A stretch of 64,000 nt of DNA from Octopus sinensis. Lineage: Eukaryota. The DNA is taken from NCBI RefSeq assembly GCF_006345805.1, contig NC_043000.1:152272001-152336000 (forward strand). The letters are read 5' to 3'. The position numbers were made by a program, and so were the translations under genes. This document shows positions 24,436 through 34,472 of this stretch, one piece after another; within the stretch, counting starts at the first letter, position 1; every line of letters begins with the position of its first letter. The notes beneath the pieces were generated by a model. It ran no database searches and had not been told where the DNA came from. It worked only from the letters and a program-made list of their open reading frames with translations.

Positions 24436-24704
24436 TTGGTTGTAATGTCTGACCTGGTGTCCAATGATTTGGGTTTGAATCACTGTTGCATGTGTGTGTG
24501 TGTGTGTGTGCACGTGTGTCTGTGTGTCTGTGCGTGCGTGTGTGTGTGTCTGTGTGCATGTGTGTGTGTGCATGTGTGTGTGCGTGCATGTGTGTGTGCG
24601 TGCATGCGTGCGTGTGTGTGTGTGCGCGTGCGTGCGTGCGTGTCTGTGTGTTTGGTTGTAATGTCTGACCTGGTGTCCAGGGATTTGGGTTTGAATCACT
24701 GTTG

Positions 24705-24751
<47 letters not shown>

Positions 24752-25232
24752 ACGTGTGTCTGTGTGTCTGTGTGCGTGCGTGTGTGCGCGTGTGTGTCTG
24801 TGTGTCTGTGTGTGTGTGTGCATGTGTGTATGCGTGTGTGTGTGTGTGCGTGTGTGTGTGTGTGTCTGTGTGCATGCGTGTGTGTGTGTGTGTCTGTGTG
24901 TCTGTGTGTCTGTGCATGTGTGTGTGTGTGTGTGTGCATGTGTGTGTGTGTGGTGTGTGTGCACGTGTGTCTGTGTGTCTGTGCGTGCGTGTGTGCGCGT
25001 GTGTGTCTGTGTGTCTGTGTGTGTGTGTGCATGTGTGTATGCGTGTGTGTGTGTGTGCGTGTGTGTCTGTGTGTCTGTGTGCATGCGTGTGTCTGTGTGT
25101 CTGTGTGTCTGTGCATGTGTGTGTGTGTGTGTGTGCATGCGTGCGTGTGTGTGTGTGTGCGCGCGTGCGTGCATGTGTGTCTGTGTGTGTGTCTGTGTGT
25201 CTGTGTGTGCGTGTGCATGTGTGTGCACGTAT
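24436..25232. repeat. Compound (TG)n-rich minisatellite with internal block duplications
   Basis: Unique block of about 55 bp at 24436 and 24654; TG variant pattern recurs at about 24750 and 24960. Confidence 0.95.
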
Positions 25233-25499
25233 GTATCTAAAACGTTCGGCATTACAAGTATTGACATTTTTCATTATTCTCTGTCAAGAAATCATCAGCT
25301 AGCTTGCTTGTTCGAAAATATGTAGAATGAAATATACTTTACTTGAAAAATAGGTAAATATTAGGGACAAGAAAGGCATCTGGTTGTAAAACAATACCTC
25401 GTAATATGTATTCATCTAATCCATGCCAGCATGAAAAAAACATACATAAAGCATGCGATGAATGAATGTGTGTGTAGGTATAATTTCATAAATACATAC

Positions 25500-25938
25500 A
25501 TATCATCATCTCATCATTGATTAATGTCTGCTTTCCATGCTGGCATGGGTTGGACAGTTTGACTGAGAACTGGTGAGCTGGAGGGCTGCACCAGGTTCCA
25601 ATCTGATTTGGCAATGTTTGTACAGCTGGTAATGTTTCTACAGCCTTTCCTAATGCCAACCACTTTGAGAGGGTAATGGGTGCTTTTTATGTGCCACTAG
25701 TATGGGAACCAGTCATGGGGCACTGTCATCAACCACGTTTGGATGGTGCTTTTTACATGCCACTGGCACATAAGCTGTCCCCCGTTACTTAGCGGTTTCG
25801 GCAAAAAGAGACTGATAGAATAAGTACTGGACTTACAAAAGAATAAGTCCTGGGGTTGAGTTGCTCGATTAAAGGCGGTGCTCCAGCATGGCCGCAGTCA
25901 AATGACTGAATCAAGTAAAAGAGTAAAAGAGTAAAAGA
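25500..25938. mobile_element. Old RTE 3'-UTR-type repeat (minus, 25500-25772) abutting a SINE family A 3' half (plus, 25777-25938)
   Basis: Diverged (CAT)n-tailed element followed directly by ccccgttacttagcgg...aagagtaaaagag. Confidence 0.75.
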
Positions 25939-26156
25939 GTATATGTAGCCAAGAAACAAGGAAAAGGAGAGATTACAGTTTGGGAGTTATTTGATGAATT
26001 AATATAAATGTTTGCAGTTTACGAAAGTACAGATTAGCAATGGTGTAGGGTAGATGGATGAATGAATGAATGAAGCTATTAAAAATGAGAGAAATTCTTA
26101 GCTGTGCATATTTTCGAGAACAAGAGAGATACAGGCAGGAAAGTATTTATATATAA

Positions 26157-26670
26157 CTAGCAGTATCGCCCGGCGTTGCTCGGGTTTGTAAGGGAAATAA
26201 CTATATATGCATTTTTAGAGAGTTATAGCCAAAAAATAGCAAAAAAATGCATTAAAAATAGAAAAAAAATTATGGTAAATTTTTTTTTAAATCGTTGACT
26301 CATTGTAGACATTTTTGGAGAGTTACTTCCCTTATATAATAGCGAAAAAATGCATTAAAATGGAAAAAAAATTATGGTAAATTTTAAAAAAATTCATAGA
26401 CTCTTCATAGACATTTTTAGAGACTTACTTCCCTTATATAATAGCGAAAAAAATGCATTAAAATGGAAAAGAAATTAGGGTAAATTTTTTTTAAAATCGT
26501 TGACTCATCGTAGACATTTTTGGAGAGTTACTTCCCTTATATAATAGCGAAAAAATGCATTAAAATGAATAAGATACCTGGTTTTGGTTAAACTGCACAC
26601 AAAATGTGGGAGTAGTTAGGAATCTAAATCGTAGGAGACAGACACACAGCTTGACTTTAATATATAAAGA
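26157..26670 (-). mobile_element. Non-autonomous Helitron with internal tandem expansion of about 100 bp
   Basis: TC/CTAG termini and hairpin; unit gagagttacttcccttatataatagcg at about 26318, 26419 and 26523. Confidence 0.85.
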
Positions 26671-26743
26671 TAAATTAAATAGAGAGATTCAATTGACAAT
26701 GTAATAATTTATTTATATTATAACACAATATACTATGAATATA

Positions 26744-27125
26744 TCTTTATATATAAAAGAGAGGTTGTGTGCTGTCTGTCTCCTACGATTTAGATTCCTA
26801 ACTACTCCCACATTTTGCAGTGCAGTTTAACCAAGTCGTGATTCATATCGAACCCTTCTGGATATTAGCACGCATCTACGATGAGTCTACGATTTAAAAA
26901 AAAATTTACCATCAATTTTTCCCATTTTTAATGCATTTTTGGCATATACAAGGGAAGTAATTCTCTAAAAATTTATTATTAAATCTTAGAACGTAAAAAG
27001 CTACAGTAACCCCCCCCCCCATTGTGGTTAGCCATATTGAGATGGCTATTATACTCTACATCCCTAAAAATGCTTATATAGTTATTTCCCTTACAAACCC
27101 GAGCAACGCCGGGCGATACTGCTAG
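26744..27125 (+). mobile_element. Non-autonomous Helitron
   Basis: a|TCtttatatataaaag ... cccgagcaacgccgggcgatactgCTAG|t. Confidence 0.87.
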
Positions 27126-27134
27126 TATAATATA

Positions 27135-30100
27135 TCATCATCATCATCATCATCGTTTAGCGTCCGCTTTCCATGCTAGCATGGGTTGGACGGGTCAACT
27201 GGGGTCTGTGAAGCTGGAAGGCTTCGTCAGGCCCAGTCAGATCTGGCAGTGTTTCTATGGCTGGATGCCCTTCCTAACGCCAACCATTCCGCGAGTGTAG
27301 TGGGTGTTTTTTACGTGCCACCTGCACAGGTGCCAGACAGAGCTGGCGAACGGCCACGAACGGATGGTGCTTTTACGTGTCACCGGCACGGGGCCAGGCG
27401 ATGCTGTCAACGGACACGAACGGATGGTGCTTTTACGTGCCACCGACACGGCGCCAGACAGAGCTGGCAACCGGCCACGAACGGACTGTGCTTTTACGTG
27501 TCACCGGCACGGGGGCCAGCCGAGGCTGGCAACGGACGCGAACGGATGGTGCTTTTACGTGCCACCGACACGGTTGCCAGACAGAGCTGGCAAACGGCCA
27601 CGAGCGGACGGTGCTTTTACGTGTCACCGGCACGGGGGCCAGGCGAGGCTGGAACGGCCATGGACGGATGGTGCTTTTACGTGCCACCGATACGGGGCCC
27701 GACAGAGCTGGCAAACGGCCACGAGCGGACGGTGCTTTTACGTGTCACCGACACGGGGCCAGACAGAGCTGGCAAACGGCCACGAACGGACAGTGCTTTT
27801 ACGTGTCACCGGCACGGGGCCAGGCGAGGCTGGCAACGAACACGAACGGATGGTGCTTTTACGTGCCACCGACACGGGGCCAGACAGAGCTGGAAAACGG
27901 CCACGAACGGACGGTGCTTTTACGTATCACCGGCACGGGTGCCAGACGAGGCTGACAGCGGACACAAACGGATGGGTCACTTAACCCCTGCTTTCTGATA
28001 TATGATTTGATTTTGATTGTTCTCACTGGTCTTGCCGGGTCTTCTCACGCACAGCATACTTCCATAGGTCTCGGTCTCTGGTCATTTCCTTGGTGAGACC
28101 TAGAGTTCGAAGGTCGTGCTTCACCACCTCGACCCAGGTTTTCCTGGGTCTACCTCTTCCACAGGTCCCCTCAACTGCCAGGGTGTGGCACTTTTTCACA
28201 CACCTATCTTCATCCATTCTCACCACATGACCATACCAGTGCAATCGTCTCTCTTGCACACAACATCTGATTCCTCTTAGGTCCAACTTTTCTCTCAAGG
28301 TACTTACACTCTGTCGACTATGAACACTGACATTACACATCCAACGGAGCATACTAGCTTCATTTCTCGCGAGCTTACGCATGTCCTCAGCAGTCACGGC
28401 CCATGTTTCACTGCCATGTAGCATGGCTGTTCGTACACATGCATTATACAGTCTGCCTTTTACTCTGAGCGAGAGGCCTTTAGTCACCAACAGAGGTAAG
28501 AGCTCCCTAAACTTTGCCCAGGCTATTCTTACTCTAGCCGTTACACTTTCAGCACACCCACCCCCACTACTGACTTGGTCACCAAGATAACGGAAGCTAT
28601 CAACTACTTCTAGTTTTTCCCCCTGGAAAGTGACGGAAGTTGTTTTCTGCAGATTTTCAGAGGTTAATGCTCCCGAGCATCTGCCACATACGAAAAACCA
28701 TCTTCCTAGTTAACCTTCCTATGACATTGCTGCACCTCTTATGTGTCCATAGCTTACACTTGGTGCATCTTATAGAGTTTCTACCTACACCTTTTCTACA
28801 GATCGAGCAGGGCCATCTACCTGAAGGCGTTTGTGATTTGTCTGCCTTCCTACTTATTAGGACTTTGGTTTTAGCTAGGTTGACTCTAAGGCCCTTCGAT
28901 TCTAAACCATGCTTCCACACCTGAAACTTCTTCTCCAGTTCTGATAATGACTCAGCAATTAGAGCAAGGTCATCAGCATAGAGGAGCTCCCAGGGGCATC
29001 CTGTCTTGAATTCCTCCGTTATTGCCTGGAGGACTATGATAAATAGGAGGGGGCTGAGGACTGAGCCTTGGTGGACCCCTACCTCTACCCGGAATTCTTC
29101 ACTGTACTCATTTCCAACTCTCACCTTACTAGCAGCGTCCCTGTACATGGCTTGCACTGCTCTCACTAACCATTCTTCTATTCCTAGTTTCCTCATTGAC
29201 CACCATATGAGGGATCGGGGGACCCTGTCGAAGGCTTTCTCCATGTCAACAAAAGCCAGGTACAGGGCCTTATCTTTGGCTAGGTATTTCTCCTGCAGCT
29301 GCCTTACCAGGAATATAGCATCAGTAGTACTTTTCCCTGGCACGAAACCAAACTGCATCTCATCTAAACTAACTCTCTCTCTAATTAGTTGGCTTATGAC
29401 CCTCTCTGTAACCTTCATCACCTGATCCAACAGCTTGATACCTCTGTAATTATTTGTATCTAGGGCATCACCTTTACCTTTGTAGCAGTTGACTATTATG
29501 CTGCTACACCAGTCATTGGGTATGACTCCTTCATGTATCACCTGATTAACTATACAGGTGACTAGGCTATAGCCGACACTACCAGATATTTTGAGCATCT
29601 CTGCAGTGATACCTGATGGGCCTGGGGCTTTCCCTGTCTTCATGCTTCTAATTGTCTTAGCTACTAAGGAACTATCAACCCTGATAGCTGGTCCCTCTGT
29701 TGGGTCAACGTTCAGCAGACTCTCTTTATCCCATTCATTTTCTTTATTCAGCAACCTTTCATAGTGGCGTCTCCAAGCCTCTTTCTTTGCATCCTCGTTT
29801 AGCGCAAGTGAACCATCTTCCATGCGAACACACTTCTCTCCCACCACATCACAATTCTCTCTCACACACTGTCTTGCAACGCGAAACACCTCCAGTCTTT
29901 GGTCCTCACGGCGCAGAACATTGGCAAATTTTTTCTTATCTGCTTCCCCTCTGGCTAGATAGACCTGTCTCCTAGCTTCCCTTTTAGCAGTCTGATACAA
30001 TTCCCTGCTACCACCATTCTTCCAGTGCTTCCAAGTCTGTCTCTTTTCTCTAATAGCCCTGTCTACGACACTGTTCCACCACCACGTTACCTTGGGACGA

Positions 30101-31060
30101 GAGGGGACTTTGCACCAGCCACAGATCAGGTCAGTGGCTCTCAGCAGGTTGTCCCTTAGAAACGTCCAGTTGTCCTCTACCCCATGTGATACACTATCCC
30201 CTTCTACTTCGTCAAAGGCTTCAAGTAACATGTCTCTAAATCTCTGTCCATTCACAGGATCCTTAAGCTTCCAGATCCTTCTTCTCCATGTTGGTCGTCT
30301 TCTGGTTGTCCTCCTACTCCTGATCCTAAAGTCACTAACTACCAGTCTATGTTGTGGAGTGCATTCTTCGCCTGGGAAGGTTTTGGCATTTATAAGTAGC
30401 CATCTCTCCCTTTGCCTGGCAAGGATGTAGTCAATTTGGCTGGTGTGTTGGCCCGATCGGTAGGTGACTAGGTGGCTGGTAGGTTTCCTGAAGTTAGTGT
30501 TGCAAATCATAAGATTATTTGCATCGCAGAACTCCAGCAGCCTGGTTCCCTCCTCGTTGCGGGAACCAGAGCCATAGCCTCCATGTACGCCGTGGAAGCC
30601 CCCAGCATGTCGTCCAACGTGACCATTGAAGTCACCAGCCACAAAGAGAAGGTCTCTGTCGTTCGTCAACGAGGTAGTCTGCAGTAGAGTGTCATAGAAT
30701 TGGTCTTTCTGTCCATCAGGTAGCCCCGACTGAGGAGCATAGGCTGATATAATGGTTGCTAAACTATGATGAAGCGCTAATCTAATCTTAAGTATTCTGT
30801 CGCATACTCTGATTACCTCAATTACTTTATCTACCCATTTCTCAGCGATAAGTATACCCACGCCTCCAACCCCGTCAGTGTTCCCTGCCCAGAAAATCTT
30901 GTACCTGTGTTCCTTGCCTGTGAGGAACCTAGCAGAACCTCCTCTCCACCTTACTTCTTGCATGCAACATATATCCACACGTCTCCATTCAAGCATCTCA
31001 ACTATCTCGCCAGACCTACCTTTCAGTGTGCCAACGTTGAGGGTGCCAACCCTGAGAACA
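27135..31060 (-). mobile_element. Near-intact RTE/RTEX-type LINE (APE endonuclease, RT, PHD-like finger, VNTR-bearing 3' UTR, (GAT)n tail)
   Basis: ORF 28657-31083 has APE motifs (VGTLNV, QEVRW, GDFNGH, SQIDY) and RT motifs (DMEKAFD, QGSVLSP, YADD); a second frame to 28023 has the RTE C-terminus (WYGHVVRM, GRGRPRKTW); continuous with the array and (CAT)n at 27135. Confidence 0.93.
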
Positions 31061-31271
31061 TAAAAAAATGAGTAAAAAACCAAAAAAAATTCAGCAATTG
31101 TTTTGACTTATATACATTATTTGATTTATAAACAATTCATATTCATGTATATAGGTCTCTTCAAGGTTTTGGTTCAATCTGGCCGTCCTCTCATATGGAA
31201 TTCTGTCTGTCTTTCGAACTAAAACCATGAAGAGACTTATATACATGGATATGAATTGTTTATAAATCAAA

Positions 31272-31661
31272 TCTTTATATATAAAAGTCAAGTTGTGTGT
31301 CTGTCTCCTACGATTTAGATTCCTAACTACTCCCACATTTTGCGGTGCAGTTTAACCAAAACCGGGTATCTTATAGTCGTGATTCATATCGAGCCCTTCT
31401 GGGTATTAGCGCACGTCTACGATGAGTCTATGATTTAAAAAAAAAATTACCATCATTTTTTCCATTTTAATGCATTTTTTCGCTATTATATAAGAGAAGT
31501 AACTCTCTAAAAATGTCTACGATGAGTCAACGATTTAAAAAAAATTTACCATAATTTTTTTTCCATTTTTAATGCATTTTTTTGCTATTTTTTGGCTATA
31601 ACTCTTTAAAAATGCTTATATTTTCCTTACATACCCGAGCAACGCCGGGCGATACTGCTAG
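31272..31661 (+). mobile_element. Non-autonomous Helitron
   Basis: Same termini and hairpin as the other copies. Confidence 0.87.
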
Positions 31662-32075
31662 TAATGTATTTAAGTCAAAACAAATTTTTGGCTTTTCTGG
31701 TTTTTTATGATAATTTTTTATGTTATATTATATTCATGGTATATTATGTTATATTATAAATATATTACGGAGATGTACTTGCATAGCAAGTGACCTGATC
31801 TGAGATCGTATGCTGGAACGAAAAAATTGCAGTGTGGAAGGTGTTTATAAGCCATTTAAGAAACACACAAAAACTGCTAGATTCACTTCAACATTTAAAT
31901 TTAATTTGCCAAAATATTTTCGTCGCTTTGAGACCGCGACCTGTTCTATCAATTGAATCTCTTTGTTTAATATATTGTTTGTAATTTGGATTATACCCCT
32001 ATTTCTGTGGTATTCAACTGATGTACCAGTAAATTTTTACACACCCCTTTGAAGGAATTTCTTTCCTTAGTTTGT

Positions 32076-32109
<34 letters not shown>

Positions 32110-32111
<2 letters not shown>

Positions 32112-32608
32112 CATCATCATCATCATCATCGTTTAAAGTCCGTTTTCCGTGCTAGCACGGGTTGGACGGTTCGACCGGGGTCTGGGAAGCCAGGGCTGCA
32201 CCAGGCTCCAGTCTGATCTGGCAGTGTTTCTACAGCTGGATGCCCTTCCTAACGCCAACCACTCCGAGAGTGTAGTGGGTGCTTTTTATGTGCCACCTGC
32301 ACAGGTGCCAAGGGGGTCTGGCATCGGCCACGATTGGTTGGTGCTTTTAACGTGCCACCGGCACGGAAGCCAGCCAAGGTGGCGCTGGCATCGGCCACGT
32401 TCGGATGGTGCTTTTTATGTGCCACCGCACAGAAGCCAGTTGAGGCGGCGCTGGCATCGGCCACGTTCGGATGGTGCTTTTTATGTGCCACCGGCACAGA
32501 AGCCAGTCGAGACGGCGCTGGCAACGGCCACGTTCGGATGGTGCTTTTTATGTGCCACTGGCACAGGTATCACAACTACTATTTCCATTGATATTTGTTT
32601 CGATGTTC
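32110..32608 (-). mobile_element. RTE 3'-UTR-type repeat
   Basis: Family match; ends about 40 nt before the exon H acceptor. Confidence 0.88.
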
Positions 32609-32649
32609 ATGTACATGCACTTGACATATATATTAAATCTGTTTTGCAG

Positions 32650-32993
32650 ATATTAGATGGTAGACTGCCCAGTAGCCCAGCTCTTGGTAATGCTACAGAT
32701 GGAAAATATTGTGGATATACTGCTCCTGCCAAAATGGTTACCTCAGGGAGAAACCTTTACATAAATATTTCTACTGCAAGCTATCCTTTATTTACATTAG
32801 TAGTGCATACATATAATGGTGATTGTGGAGGTCATCGGTATATTGATAGTTCTGGAGTTGGTTACCTTCAGTCTCCTAATTATCCTAAAAACTATCCAAT
32901 TTATATCGAATGTGAGTGGGTCATAAATGCTCCACCTATGAAAAGGATTCAGATCGACTTTGTTGGTAATATCAGCATCGGTTACACTCGTAG
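32650..32993 (+). CDS. CUBN: Cubilin-like exon H (CUB repeat 4 C-half and repeat 5 N-half)
   Basis: ttttgcag acceptor, ag|gtaagt donor; ILDGRLPSSPALGNATDGKYCG...CGGHRYIDSSGVGYLQSPNYPKNYPIYIECEWVINAPPMKRIQIDF; phase 0 to 2. Confidence 0.93.
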
Positions 32994-33056
32994 GTAAGTA
33001 AATATCTCTGTTTTCCTTATTCTGTATGTACGTGATTGTCTTTGTGTGCGCATTTG

Positions 33057-33112
<56 letters not shown>

Positions 33113-33210
33113 TTTTTTCATGCAGAAAACTGACTACAATGATGAATGCTACTACAAATTGAATATTACTTGTACATGCATGCAAGCTCACAGACAAACA
33201 GACAGAGAAA

Positions 33211-33510
33211 CATCATCATCATCATCATCATCATCATCGTTTAACATCCGTTTTCCGTGCTAGCATGGGTTGGACGGTTCGACCGGGGTCTGGGAAGCCA
33301 GAAGGCTGCACCAGGCTCCAGTCTTATCTGGCAATGTTTCTACAGCTGGATGCCCTTCCTAACGCCAACCACTCCGTGATTGTAGTGGGTGCTTTTTACG
33401 TGCCACCTGCACAGGTGCCAAGCGAGGCTGGCATCGGCCAAGGTCGGATTGGTGCATTTTACGTGCCACTGGCACGGAAGCCAGTCGAGGCGGCACTGGC
33501 TTCGGCCAAA
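33211..33510 (-). mobile_element. RTE 3'-UTR-type repeat
   Basis: Family match. Confidence 0.86.
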
Positions 33511-33900
33511 GAAAATGTTGACTTTTGTGAGATTTGAACTCATGCTCTAGAGATAATACACTACATGACATTCAGTTATGCTGCTCTTCTGTCTTTTCTG
33601 GGTCCTCATTGCAACTCTGCATACTCTGCCATATATTAGCTGGATGTATGGAGTGCAGCGTTGCAATAAGCCAGCGTAAATACATTTATTTTGCCTGCCA
33701 GTTTGTCACTATAATTTGAAGGCTTTGTTGATAGCTGTATTGCATACTGAAAAAAATGGATTTTTATCTTTGGGCAATTTTCAGTTCCTTGGAATTTCCT
33801 TTGGGTAGTCAGCAACTAATCACATAATTTAGATTTAGTGTAGTTGTTGACAAGATATATCTCTGGTATCTCCCTTTTGTTTTCAGAATGGTACAATATT

Positions 33901-34302
33901 CTTTTCTACTCTAGGCACAAGGCCCACAATTTTTGGAGAGGGAGGGGGGCAGCCGATTAGATCAACCCCAGTAAGCAACTAGTACTTAATTTATCGACCC
34001 TGAAAGGATGAAAGGCAAAGTCGACCTCGGTGGAATTTGAACTCAGAATGTAAAAACAGACGAAATACCTATTTCTTTACTACCCACAAGGGGCTAAACA
34101 CAGAGAGGACAAACAAGGACAGACAAATGGATTAAGTCGATTATATCGACCCCAGTGCGTAACTGGTACTTAGTTTATCGACCCCGAAAGGATGAAAGGC
34201 AAAGTCGACCTCGGTGGAATTTGAACTCAGAATGTAAAGGCAGACGAAATACTGCTAAGCATTTTGCTTGGCATGCTCACGTTTCTGCCAGCTCACCGCC
34301 TT
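33901..34302 (-). mobile_element. SINE family D, dimeric copy
   Basis: Head ggcggtgagctggcagaaacg...gagttcaaattcc; body repeated with a period of about 184 bp; 16-bp TSD agaatggtacaatatt. Confidence 0.88.
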
Positions 34303-34472
34303 AGAATGGTACAATATTAAATAGTATAACTACAGCCTGTCTGATCAATTGATAATCAGTCTGCCTTCCTGTAATAATTAGTTCAAATCTGTTTTTAGTC
34401 TTATTTACTTCTCTGGATAGTAGATCCTCTTCACCATCCTCATTTTTAGTTCTGTTTTCCTATGTTTACATG

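Noticed and set aside
24335-25325. Long HT-rich and VC-rich ORFs on both strands
   Set aside because: Translations of a (TG)n/(CA)n minisatellite, which has no stop codons
27186-27998. CRISPR-like or protein-coding look of the 60-bp array
   Set aside because: Whole units repeat with no unique spacers, the context is eukaryotic, and it is the LINE 3' UTR
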